A stretch of DNA of 64,000 bases, from NCBI GenBank assembly GCA_902472315.1, contig CABRNM010000002.1, positions 8,629-72,628 on the forward strand. Direction: 5' to 3'. The DNA comes from an uncultured Collinsella sp. (GTDB lineage: Bacteria > Actinomycetota > Coriobacteriia > Coriobacteriales > Coriobacteriaceae). Made by a program: the position numbers and the translations under genes. Each line of letters begins with the position of its first letter. The stretch's first letter is position 1. The notes under the pieces were generated by a model. That model had not been told where the DNA came from. It did no database searches and worked only from the letters and a program-made list of their open reading frames with translations. This document shows, in pieces, positions 51,001-60,409 of this stretch.

Positions 51001-52011
51001 CTACTCGGCCGTTACAGTGATGTTCTCCCGGTGTGCGCGGATAGCGTCCCAGCTAAAGTGCTCGACCAGCTGCTCGGCAGAGCGTGGCGTGGTGTCCGGC
51101 GCGATGCCCGTTTGCCTGGCGAGCCAGCCCAGCAGTGCCTCGGGCGTGCCAAAGCGGGCGCGGAGCTCGCCCAGGTCCAGGTCGCGGTCGCGCTTGGAAA
51201 GGCGGCGGCCATCCGGTGACATGAGCAGCGGAATATGTGCGTAGTGCGGCGTGGGAAGTCCCAGCAGATGCTGCAGGTAGATTTGGCGCGGCGTGGAGCC
51301 CAGCAGGTCGCATCCGCGCACGACCTCGGTGACGCCCATGGCAGCGTCGTCGACCACCACGGCTAGCTGATAGGCAAAAACGCCGTCGCTGCGGCGCACC
51401 AAAAAATCGCCGCACTCGGTGGCGAGCGCCTCGCATTGGGCCCCGTACGTGCGGTCCACGAATTCGATCACGTCGCCCGCGAGGTCGTCGATGTCGGGCA
51501 CGCGCAGGCGCGTGGCCGGGGCGCGCAGGGCACTGCGGCGGGCGACCTCTTCGGCCGAAAGGCCTCGGCAGGCGCCGCGGTAGATGGGCGTGCCGTCGCT
51601 GGCGTGCGGCGCGCTCGCAGCGTGGAGCTCGGCACGCGTGCAAAAGCAGGGGTAGGTGAGGCTGGCGTCTTGCAGCTGGCGCAAGGCGCCCTCGTACAGG
51701 TCGAGGCGATCGTGCTGGTAGTAGGGGCCTTCGTCCCACTCGAGTCCCAGCCAGGTCAGGTCGTCAATCAGTTGAGTGGCAAGTTCCGGGCGCTTGCAGC
51801 GATCGTCCAGGTCCTCGATGCGCAACACGATGCTGCCGCCCTGGCTGCGGGCCGAAAGCCACGCGCACAGGCAGCTGAACACGTTGCCCAGGTGCATGCG
51901 GCCCGAGGGCGACGGGGCAAAACGGCCTACGACAGGTGCGGGAACGGAGGCGGGCTGCGTCGTTGGCGCATCCGCGGCGGGCGTTGGTATGTTGCGTGTT
52001 TTGATATCCAT
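51001..52011 (-). CDS. gluQ: Glutamyl-Q tRNA(Asp) synthetase
   Basis: GRFAPSPSGRMHLGN, LRIEDLD, CFCTR, AYQLAVVVDD, RLSKR; no anticodon-binding domain. Confidence 0.9.
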   Translation of the reverse strand: MDIKTRNIPTPAADAPTTQPASVPAPVVGRFAPSPSGRMHLGNVFSCLCAWLSARSQGGSIVLRIEDLDDRCKRPELATQLIDDLTWLGLEWDEGPYYQHDRLDLYEGALRQLQDASLTYPCFCTRAELHAASAPHASDGTPIYRGACRGLSAEEVARRSALRAPATRLRVPDIDDLAGDVIEFVDRTYGAQCEALATECGDFLVRRSDGVFAYQLAVVVDDAAMGVTEVVRGCDLLGSTPRQIYLQHLLGLPTPHYAHIPLLMSPDGRRLSKRDRDLDLGELRARFGTPEALLGWLARQTGIAPDTTPRSAEQLVEHFSWDAIRAHRENITVTAE

Positions 52012-52576
52012 GCGGACGAGTATAGCGCGGGGTACGGTAGGGAAGGCGTTTCCGTGGCTCGCAAGTTGGCGGCGCTGCGCATTGCGCACGGTGGGTCTGC
52101 GGCCCAACGTCTCGATCGCCGTACGCCGACTCGGCCTCACAAACGACAGAAACCCCGGCAGCTCTTCGCAACTGCCGGGGTTTCCGCGGAAAAGGGGGAC
52201 ATGATCCTCGAGCGAACGGCAAAGGGGCAAACCGTTTTCGCTCAATTGCTTTATGCCCCTCGACTGGCGGCTCAATCAGCGCATGCCGCGCCCACACAAA
52301 GCCGCTACACCTGTGACGGAGCTGTGAAGTGGTATCTATCGTTGGCGCGGGACTCGGCCAAAGAACGTCCCAAACGACAAATTTGTTGCAGTCCGTCGGT
52401 TCAACCCAATGATCCGTTTTCCTCCGTCCCCAATAGATCATTAGGAACGTCCCTAAGTGCCAGACTCGGGTGGGACTTTTGTCCCATTTGACGTTCCGTT
52501 GGCCCAGATATTCGTCATGTGTGTCCGCAAACGTGGGACAATGGCGATGTTGGTTTTACAGACAAAGGATGTGCCT

Positions 52577-54523
52577 ATGAACGCCCCCGTTGCCAATACT
52601 TGTCGGCAGCGCTGCCTGTTTGCGCGATTCGCTTCCGTCTGCGTGCTCGTCGCGCTTGCGTTGTTGCTGCTGCCTGTCGCCGCGCACGCCGACGGCTACT
52701 CCATGACCCAAACCTATATCGGTGCCACGGTCGAGGCCGACGGCTCGCTGACCGTTGTCGAGGGACGCCAGTTTGATTTCGATGACGACATCAACGGCGT
52801 GTTTTGGGAGATCAATACGGGCACCAACCAGCAGGGCGGCACGGCGACCGTCGATGTGCTGAGCGTTGAGGAAGACGACACCGCGTTTAACAAGGTCGAC
52901 AGCGCAAACAAAGGCGACGACGGCGTTTACACGGTGGAACAGTCCGACGATGGCGTGAGAATCAAGGTGTTCAGCCCCCACGAGAGCGGCGACAGCGCGA
53001 TCTATTACGTGAGCTACACCATGACCGGTGCGGTTATGAACTGGGCCGATACCGCCGAGCTCTATTGGAAATTTGTGGGTGACGGCTGGTCTGCGGATTC
53101 CGATGATGTCGAGATGGAAGTGTACTTCGCAAATGCCGCCGCCGGGACGGCGGCCGTCAAGGGCGATAACTTCCGCGCATGGGGCCACGGCCCGCTGACG
53201 GGCGACGTGTCGCTCGATGCGGATGAACCCATGGTCACCTATACCATTCCCTGCGTGCATCAGGGCGAATTCGCCGAGGCGCGCATCGCCTTCCCCAGCG
53301 ATTGGGTGCCTTGGCTTTCCGCTTCGAGCGAGGAGCGCATGTCAACGATCCTGAGCGAAGAGAAGGAATGGGTCGACGAAGCTAACGCCCGCCGCGCTCA
53401 CGCTCGCATGATTGCCAATGCGCTTGCCGCGCTAAGTGTTGTCGCGGCGGTCGCCTTTACCGGCACAATCGTTGTGCTCAAGCTACGCAGGCCCAAGCCC
53501 AAGCCGCTCTTCCAAGACGAGTACTTCCGCGATGTGCCCTCCGCCGACCATCCCGCGGTGCTTGCAGCTCTTATGAGCTGGAACAACGTGCCCGATCAGG
53601 CATATATCGCCACGCTGATGAAGCTGACCGACGACCGCGTGATCAAGCTGGAAGAAGCGACCGAGGCCAAGAAGAAGGGCCTGCTCCGTCGCGAAAAAGA
53701 GGAGCAGACGTATCGCATCACGGTGACCGACGAGGCCTGGAAGGCTGCCAAGAAGGACGGCATCGATCGCGATGTGCTCAAGGTCTTCTTCGCCGGCGTT
53801 AAGCCCGATAAGGACGGAGTCCGTTCGCGCACGTTTAGCGAGCTGGAGGAGTACGCTAGCGAGCGCACCACATCTGTTGGCGACAAGCTCGAGGACTATC
53901 AGAGCACGGTTAAGGGCAAGCTGGAGGCGCGTGAGTTTATCGCATCGGATGGCACTATCGCGATGGTGGCCGGCCTGGTTCTCGGCATCATCATTGTCTT
54001 TGGCATTCTGGGCTCTCTGATCTATACCGACTTTGCGGACGCCAACGTCGGCGCCGCTATGATCTCGATTCCCGTCACGATCGTGGGCTTTGTCCTGAGC
54101 TGCACCTTCCGCCGTTACACGCCGGAGGGCGCCGAGGTGGCGGCTCGCTGCAAGGCGCTCAAGCATTGGCTCGAGGACTTTACGCGCCTGAAGGAGGCTA
54201 TCCCCAGCGACCTGATCTTGTGGAACAAACTGCTGGTGATGGGCGTTGCCCTGGGCGTTTCGAAAGAAGTGCTGCGACAGCTGGCCGAGGCCGTGCCTGC
54301 GGATCTGCGCAACAGCGACGATTTCTACGACAACTACCCCTGCTACTGGTGGTATTACCATCACTACGGCAACGAGTCTCCGCTCGATTCGTTCAACGAT
54401 GTGTATCACGAGACCATCCGCGAGCTGGCTTCGAGTTCCGATAGCTCGAGCGGCGGCAGCGGCGGCGGCTTTTCCGGTGGCGGCGGTGGCGGCGTCGGCG
54501 GAGGCGGCGGCGGAACGTTCTAA
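52577..54523 (+). CDS. DUF2207 family membrane protein
   Basis: Signal peptide, AELYWKFVG, WGHGPL, TM helices, C-terminal GGGFSGGGGGG tail. Confidence 0.88.
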   Translation: MNAPVANTCRQRCLFARFASVCVLVALALLLLPVAAHADGYSMTQTYIGATVEADGSLTVVEGRQFDFDDDINGVFWEINTGTNQQGGTATVDVLSVEEDDTAFNKVDSANKGDDGVYTVEQSDDGVRIKVFSPHESGDSAIYYVSYTMTGAVMNWADTAELYWKFVGDGWSADSDDVEMEVYFANAAAGTAAVKGDNFRAWGHGPLTGDVSLDADEPMVTYTIPCVHQGEFAEARIAFPSDWVPWLSASSEERMSTILSEEKEWVDEANARRAHARMIANALAALSVVAAVAFTGTIVVLKLRRPKPKPLFQDEYFRDVPSADHPAVLAALMSWNNVPDQAYIATLMKLTDDRVIKLEEATEAKKKGLLRREKEEQTYRITVTDEAWKAAKKDGIDRDVLKVFFAGVKPDKDGVRSRTFSELEEYASERTTSVGDKLEDYQSTVKGKLEAREFIASDGTIAMVAGLVLGIIIVFGILGSLIYTDFADANVGAAMISIPVTIVGFVLSCTFRRYTPEGAEVAARCKALKHWLEDFTRLKEAIPSDLILWNKLLVMGVALGVSKEVLRQLAEAVPADLRNSDDFYDNYPCYWWYYHHYGNESPLDSFNDVYHETIRELASSSDSSSGGSGGGFSGGGGGGVGGGGGGTF

Positions 54524-54603
54524 CGGTCGTAAATTATGGGATGGGCTTTTCTCGACAGCCGTCGGGGGAAGCCCATCCCTTTTTATGCGCTACCTACGAA
54601 GAC

Positions 54604-54646
54604 TGTCCCCAACGACTAGTCACTGGGGACGTTCCTAAATGACTAG
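54604..54646. repeat. CTAG/GGGAC REP-like unit
   Basis: TGTCCCCAACGACTAG identical to 29128-29143, followed by a near copy of 28833-28863. Confidence 0.75.
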
Positions 54647-54661
54647 GTATGGCTGCTGGGC

Positions 54662-55303
54662 CTAGGCTGTTAGGTCGAGTTCGTAGAGGAAGCTTTCGCG
54701 CGGCATGTCGTGACGGCGCTCTTCGCGGTTGGCGCGGTGCGTGGCCGTGCGCTTAAAGCCATGCAGCTCGTAGAACTTCCACGAGCAGTTGGAGTCGGTG
54801 CACAGGTGCGCCCTCGTCGCCCCGCGCGAGGATAGGTACGAGACTGCGGCGTCGAGCAACACCGAGCCAACGCCCAGGCCATGGACGTCGCGATCTACGG
54901 CAAGCAGCGTGACCTCGTTGTCGTGTGGCAACGGGCTGCTTTCGAGCAGGCGGTTGTTGGTTCGGATGGTTGCGCGCACAAACGAGAGATACTCGGCGCA
55001 GGCATCGGGCTCCAGCTCGCGCATTTGCGATAGCAGTGCGCGTTCGGTATCCAGCCAATGTTCCTTAACGGTGGCGCCGGAGCTCTGTCCCGCACGCGCG
55101 AGCGCAATGCCGCGCGCCTGACCGTCGATTACGGCAACTTGCGAAAACGTCGAAGACGAAAGGCAGTAGGCAAGGTCGCACGCGGCCTCGAGGCGGTTGT
55201 ACTCATCGTTATCCGAATTGTCATGCCAAAGCTGCTGTAGAATCAGCGCGATGGCGTCGAAGTCTTCGGTATCAAACGGTCGGTAGAGAACCCGCGAGAC
55301 CAT
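54662..55303 (-). CDS. GNAT family N-acetyltransferase
   Basis: LAVDRDVHGLGVGSVLL, FYELHGF. Confidence 0.88.
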   Translation of the reverse strand: MVSRVLYRPFDTEDFDAIALILQQLWHDNSDNDEYNRLEAACDLAYCLSSSTFSQVAVIDGQARGIALARAGQSSGATVKEHWLDTERALLSQMRELEPDACAEYLSFVRATIRTNNRLLESSPLPHDNEVTLLAVDRDVHGLGVGSVLLDAAVSYLSSRGATRAHLCTDSNCSWKFYELHGFKRTATHRANREERRHDMPRESFLYELDLTA

Positions 55304-55580
55304 GGTGCCTCTTTCTTTTGCGGATGCATATCGAGCACAGTTCTACCACGCTATTGGCATCTAATTATGGTGCCCCTGTGTTCCATGAACTCACCGTGCC
55401 CGGTGCCGTGCCCATCCCCTCCGCTCGCAAACTTTTTCTGCATATGCGCCCGTTGCGGGGTGCATCGATGCGCTCGATGCGCTACATTGAATCAGTATTT
55501 TCAATGCCGCTGCGCGAGCGCTGCAGATCGACGTATCACCGGCTCACAGAGCACGGCGGCGTACCAGACAGGAGGACTGC

Positions 55581-57188
55581 ATGGGATCTGATGTGAAGAT
55601 CGCACGCGCGTTGATCTCGGTTACCGATAAGACGGGCGTCGTCGATTTCGCACGGACGCTGGTCGATGACTTTGGCGTCGAGATCATCTCTACGGGCGGC
55701 ACGGCTCGTGCCATCGAGGACGCGGGCGTCCCCGTAACCCCCATCGAGGAGTTCACGGGCTATCCCGAGATGATGGACGGCCGCGTTAAGACCCTGCACC
55801 CCAAGGTTCACGGCGCGCTGCTGGCCCGCCGCGATTCCGAGCAGCACATGCAGGAGGCGGCACAGCACGGCATTAAGCTGATCGACCTGGTCGTCGTCAA
55901 CCTGTACGAGTTCGAGAAGACCGTCGCCAACCCCGAGGTCACCTTCGCGGATGCCATCGAGCACATCGACATCGGCGGTCCCTCCATGCTGCGATCTGCC
56001 GCCAAGAACGCCGCGAGCGTTACCGTCATCTCCGACCCGGCCGACTATGATGCCGTCCTGGCCGAGATGCGCGAGACCGGTGGCTGCACCACGCTTTCCA
56101 CCCGTCGTCGCCTGCAGGTGAAGGTCTACCAGACCACCGCCGCCTACGACACGGCTATCTCCCGTTGGCTTGCCGCCCAGGCAAGCGACGTGGCGGACAC
56201 CTCTGCCAAGCTCGAGATCTCGCTGGAGAAGGTCGACGACCTGCGCTATGGCGAGAACCCGCAGCAGAAGGCTACGGTCTATCGCTTTGCCGAGGGCTGC
56301 GAGAACACCGCGAGCTCGCAGTTCCCGCTCGTGGGCTCCGAGCAGATCCAGGGCAAGCCGCTCAGCTACAACAACTATCTGGATGCCGACGCCGCTTGGA
56401 ACCTGGTCCGCGAGTTCGACGAGCCGGCCTGCGTGATCCTCAAGCATCAGAACCCCTGCGGCTCCGCCGTGGCCGAGGACATCACGGCCGCCTACGACCG
56501 CGCCTTCGCCTGCGATCCCAAGAGCGCCTTTGGCGGCATCATCGCCTGCAACCGCGAGGTTCCCTATGAGCTGGTTGAGCACTTTGCCGATCAGAACAAG
56601 CAGTTCGTCGAGGTTATCATCGCTCCGAGCTACACTGCCGAGGCGCTCGAGCGCATGGCCAAGCGCCCCAACCTGCGCGTGCTGGCCACCGGCGGCGTGG
56701 ACCACGGCGCCCAGGTGGAGCTGCGCTCCGTCGACGGCGGCATGCTGGTGCAGGAGGTCGACCACGTGACCGAGGATCCTGCGACCTTTACGTTCCCCAC
56801 CGACCGCAAGCCCACCGACGCCGAGATGGCCGAGCTCGAGTTTGCCTGGAAGGTCTGCAAGGGCGTCAAGTCCAACGCCATCCTGGTCTCCAAGGGTAAG
56901 GCCGGCATTGGCATGGGCCCGGGTCAGCCCAACCGCGTTGACTCTGCACTGCTTGCCTGCGAGCGCGCCGAGGACTTCTGCGAGCGCGAGGGCGTGGAGA
57001 AGGGCGGCTTTGCCTGTGCAAGCGACGCGTTCTTCCCGTTCCGCGACAACGTCGACGTGCTTGCCGCGCACGGCGTGACCTGCATCATCCAGCCCGGCGG
57101 CTCCAAGCGCGACGACGAGAGCGTCCAGGCCTGCAACGAGCATGGTATTGCGATGGTCTTCACGGGTGCCAGGCATTTTAGGCACTAG
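55581..57188 (+). CDS. purH: Bifunctional AICAR transformylase/IMP cyclohydrolase
   Basis: ALISVTDKTG, GRVKTLHP, IDIGGP, LRYGENP, SDAFFPF, RHFRH. Confidence 0.97.
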   Translation: MGSDVKIARALISVTDKTGVVDFARTLVDDFGVEIISTGGTARAIEDAGVPVTPIEEFTGYPEMMDGRVKTLHPKVHGALLARRDSEQHMQEAAQHGIKLIDLVVVNLYEFEKTVANPEVTFADAIEHIDIGGPSMLRSAAKNAASVTVISDPADYDAVLAEMRETGGCTTLSTRRRLQVKVYQTTAAYDTAISRWLAAQASDVADTSAKLEISLEKVDDLRYGENPQQKATVYRFAEGCENTASSQFPLVGSEQIQGKPLSYNNYLDADAAWNLVREFDEPACVILKHQNPCGSAVAEDITAAYDRAFACDPKSAFGGIIACNREVPYELVEHFADQNKQFVEVIIAPSYTAEALERMAKRPNLRVLATGGVDHGAQVELRSVDGGMLVQEVDHVTEDPATFTFPTDRKPTDAEMAELEFAWKVCKGVKSNAILVSKGKAGIGMGPGQPNRVDSALLACERAEDFCEREGVEKGGFACASDAFFPFRDNVDVLAAHGVTCIIQPGGSKRDDESVQACNEHGIAMVFTGARHFRH

Positions 57189-57189
57189 A

Positions 57190-57291
57190 GGCTTTCCCAA
57201 GCACCCGACCTTGCCCCTCAAACCGTCGCTTGCGTACATTTAGTACGCGGCACTCCTCTTTCGGGGCAATCTCGGACACTTGGAAAACCCT
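57190..57291. repeat. Structured ~100-nt dispersed element, copy 2
   Basis: Homologous to 28009-28109 with compensatory stem changes. Confidence 0.8.
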
Positions 57292-57411
57292 TAAAGGGAT
57301 GTTGTTCTATCCCATTAAGCCGATCGGTCGCCTGGCCGTATCGTCAAAATAATCTCTGCAAAAGACGGTCGCTCCGTTTGGAGGGCCGTCTTTTTGGTAT
57401 AAGAGGACGGA

Positions 57412-58143
57412 ATGACTAACACGAAAGGTATGACCATGCCCCAGATTGATGATGCCGAGCTGTTTGGCAATGCCGAGGATCAGCGTGCGTACGAGGACTT
57501 TTGCGCCAATCAGGAGGCGGTCGAGAAGTTTACGCTCGACAAGCCCGCGCTTGTCTGCCGTTGGCGCATGTCCAACAAAAAGGTGCCCATGCTCAACCGC
57601 CACATTCGCGCACTGTCCGAGCGCCTGGTACAGGGCGAGCCGCTTACCCATAACATGCTCAGCTGGGCCAAACAGCACGTTGAGTGGTCGCTTGCCGAGG
57701 GCGATTACACCGCACATGACGGCGTGCTCATGCTGGTGATCGACGTCAACGGCAACGCCGCCATGACGGTGGGGGAGTACGAGCCGCTCGCCGATACGTC
57801 GGCCAAGGCGCTGCGCGCCCGCTCCGCAGAGGCCCGCTCCGAGGCCGACGAAACCGGCGTGGCGCCCGAGCTGCTCGCCGCCGTCAACAACGGCGAGCTT
57901 GCCTTTGTGGCGCCGGCGGACGAGTGCCTGTGCGGCACGGCGACGCTCATCGAGCAGCTGGCCCAGACCAAGGGCATCCCGGTCACGCGCGTAGACATTC
58001 CCGCGCAGCTTAAGGGCGCGCTGTTCCTAGTGAGCGACGAGCACGGCGTGGTCCCCGCGACCGAGACAGATGCCGCCGAGGCCGACGCCGCCACGGTCGC
58101 CTTCTTCGCCGAAGGCTACGAAAAGCTCCGTGCCCGCCGCTAA
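57412..58143 (+). CDS. Hypothetical protein, possibly a divergent class IV aminotransferase/ADC-lyase-like fold
   Basis: Host-like codon usage; weak motifs LNRHIRAL and GTATLIEQLAQTKGIPV. Confidence 0.6.
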   Translation: MTNTKGMTMPQIDDAELFGNAEDQRAYEDFCANQEAVEKFTLDKPALVCRWRMSNKKVPMLNRHIRALSERLVQGEPLTHNMLSWAKQHVEWSLAEGDYTAHDGVLMLVIDVNGNAAMTVGEYEPLADTSAKALRARSAEARSEADETGVAPELLAAVNNGELAFVAPADECLCGTATLIEQLAQTKGIPVTRVDIPAQLKGALFLVSDEHGVVPATETDAAEADAATVAFFAEGYEKLRARR

Positions 58144-58322
58144 ATGATTTTTCTGGGACGGGGATTAAAGAATCATTTTGGTCCCCGCCACCGCTGCGAG
58201 CGAAGGGCAAGCTAAACGCTTTCGTTCGCGAACAGTTCTGTCACCTTGGCACCGCGCGCGGTGCACACCTGCAGTTTCGCAGCCATAATGGTGGCAAGAC
58301 AACCAAGAGGGGAGCGGAATCC

Positions 58323-58994
58323 ATGGCGCTGATCTATATCGTTGAGGACGACGAGCCCATCCGTCGTGAGCTTGTCGACATCCTTGCCCGCGCTGGGTTT
58401 GAAATCGAGGCCTGCGAATCGTTTGAGCATGTCTCGCGCGATATTCTCGCCGCCGCACCCGACCTGGTGCTGCTCGACCTCACGCTTCCCGTCAAAGACG
58501 GCCAGCACATCTGCCATGAGGTCCGTCGCGAATCCGAGGTCCCCATCATCGTTCTCACGTCGCGCACGACCGAGATCGACGAGGTCATGGCCATGACGCT
58601 CGGCGCGGACGACTTTGTTCCCAAGCCCTACAGCGCGCGCGTGCTTGTGGCGCGCATCAACGCACTGCTGCGTCGCACCGCGGCGGCAGGCGAGCGCAGT
58701 ACACTTGTCCACAAGGGGCTGGAGCTCGACCTCGCCCGCTCAATGGTCACCAACACGCAAACCGGCACTAGCACCGAGCTCACCAAAAACGAACTGCGTA
58801 TCCTCTCACTGCTTCTGAGTCGCGCGGGCAAGATTGTTTCGCGCTCGGCCATCATGCAGGACCTGTGGGACTCCGACGCCTTCGTGGACGACAATACGCT
58901 CACCGTCAACATCAACCGCCTGCGCACCACGCTCGAAAAAATCGGCATCAAGGGGTATTTGACGACGCATCGCGGCCAAGGCTATTCGGTCTAG
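58323..58994 (+). CDS. OmpR-family response regulator (BceR/GraR-like)
   Basis: IYIVEDD, LGADDFVPKP, LTKNE, FVDDNTLTVNINRLR. Confidence 0.93.
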   Translation: MALIYIVEDDEPIRRELVDILARAGFEIEACESFEHVSRDILAAAPDLVLLDLTLPVKDGQHICHEVRRESEVPIIVLTSRTTEIDEVMAMTLGADDFVPKPYSARVLVARINALLRRTAAAGERSTLVHKGLELDLARSMVTNTQTGTSTELTKNELRILSLLLSRAGKIVSRSAIMQDLWDSDAFVDDNTLTVNINRLRTTLEKIGIKGYLTTHRGQGYSV

Positions 58995-59003
58995 GGGCCG
59001 GCT

Positions 59004-60047
59004 ATGTCGTTTGGCAAATTCTTTAAAGATGCGCTGCTTCCCGTCGCCGTGTGGACGTGCGGCGTGCTGCTGAGCTGCTTTGTGCTGACGGTCGCCGGTG
59101 CACCCGTTTCTATTGTGGTCGTGGCGGTCGGCGTGTCCTTTATCTTTGGTATGCTCGGCATCGTGGTCGAGTACGCGCGTCGCCGCCGTTTTCTGCGTCA
59201 GCTGGAGCGCGCGGCCGAGGAGCTCGAGAGCCCCGCATGGGTGCAGGAGATGGTGCAATGCCCGACCTATGCCGAGGGCGAGCTCGAGTACGAGGTCTTG
59301 CGCCGGGTGGGCAAAGCCGCTTGCGACGAGGTTGCCGAAGGCCGGCGTCAGACCGATGACTATCGCGACTATATCGAGAGCTGGGTCCACGAGGCCAAAC
59401 TGCCCCTGGCGGCGGCTCATCTAATTTTGGAAAACCTGGATGGCAGCGAAGACGACCTGTCTCGTGTGGATGACCTGGGCCGTGAGTTGGCTCGCGTGGA
59501 GCGCTATATCGACCAGGCGCTGTACTACGCGCGTTCGGAAGTCGTGGAGCGCGACTACCTGATTCGCCGCTGGGATCTCAAGACCTTGGTGACGGGCGCG
59601 ATTAAGGCCAACGCGCGCGAGCTCATCGCGGCGCACGTGGCCCCGGTGTGCGAGAACCTCGACTTTGAGGTCTTTACCGACGAGAAGTGGCTCGAGTTTA
59701 TTCTGGGCCAGCTCATTCAGAACAGCATTAAATATGCGCGCGAGGACGGCGCAAAGATCGTGTTTTCGGGCGCGTTGCTGGACGAGGGCCTGGCGAGCGA
59801 ACGCATCGAGCTCACCGTCGCGGACAACGGCTGCGGCGTGAGCGCGGCCGACCTGCCGCGCGTGTTCGAGAAGGGCTTTACCGGCGACAACGGCCGCACC
59901 ACCAAGCGCGCAACGGGCATTGGCCTCTACCTGGTGGCGCGTCTGTGCTCCAAGATGGGTATCGATGTCACCGCGGCATCCGAGCCCGGCGAAGGCTTCG
60001 TCGTCACGTTTGCCTTCTCGACCAACAAATTCCAATACTTTGAGTAG
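59004..60047 (+). CDS. Intramembrane-sensing histidine kinase (BceS/GraS-like)
   Basis: Two adjacent TMs, WVHEAKLPL, LYYAR, TDEKWLEFIL, FEKGFTG, GIGLYL. Confidence 0.92.
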   Translation: MSFGKFFKDALLPVAVWTCGVLLSCFVLTVAGAPVSIVVVAVGVSFIFGMLGIVVEYARRRRFLRQLERAAEELESPAWVQEMVQCPTYAEGELEYEVLRRVGKAACDEVAEGRRQTDDYRDYIESWVHEAKLPLAAAHLILENLDGSEDDLSRVDDLGRELARVERYIDQALYYARSEVVERDYLIRRWDLKTLVTGAIKANARELIAAHVAPVCENLDFEVFTDEKWLEFILGQLIQNSIKYAREDGAKIVFSGALLDEGLASERIELTVADNGCGVSAADLPRVFEKGFTGDNGRTTKRATGIGLYLVARLCSKMGIDVTAASEPGEGFVVTFAFSTNKFQYFE

Positions 60048-60090
60048 TCGTCGCGGTGTAACGTCCCGGAGCGTCATTCACGTTAAGACA

Positions 60091-60149
60091 ATTATCCCAA
60101 ACGGGATAATTCCATCATGATGTGCTATGATTATCCCGTTTGGGATAAT
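60091..60149. promoter_or_regulatory. Two HipB-type operator palindromes
   Basis: ATTATCCCAAACGGGATAAT (60091-60110) and its exact reverse complement ATTATCCCGTTTGGGATAAT (60130-60149). Confidence 0.85.
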
Positions 60150-60163
60150 CATAGGGGATTAGC

Positions 60164-60409
60164 ATGCAAGACTGGAATGAGCGAACGATTTTTGACCCAG
60201 CTGAACTCGGTGCATATTTGCGTGAGCGCCGGAAGAAGCTCGGTTATACCCAACGCGATGTGGCTGATTTCAACCAGTGCAGTTTGCGCTTTGTGAGCGA
60301 GCTTGAGCGTGGAAAGGCGGGTGCCAATCTTCGCCAAACCCTTCAAATCGCTAACAGCTTGGGGGTCGATTTGATCCTGAGGGAGAGGGGCGACGGCTCA
60401 TGGCATTAA
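60164..60409 (+). CDS. hipB: HipB-like XRE antitoxin
   Basis: RERRKKLGYTQRDVA...FVSELERGK HTH; overlaps the hipA start. Confidence 0.85.
   Translation: MQDWNERTIFDPAELGAYLRERRKKLGYTQRDVADFNQCSLRFVSELERGKAGANLRQTLQIANSLGVDLILRERGDGSWH

Noticed and set aside
55304..55580. ZTP (pfl) riboswitch upstream of purH
   Set aside because: Could not find the conserved motif elements by eye; an Rfam scan would be decisive
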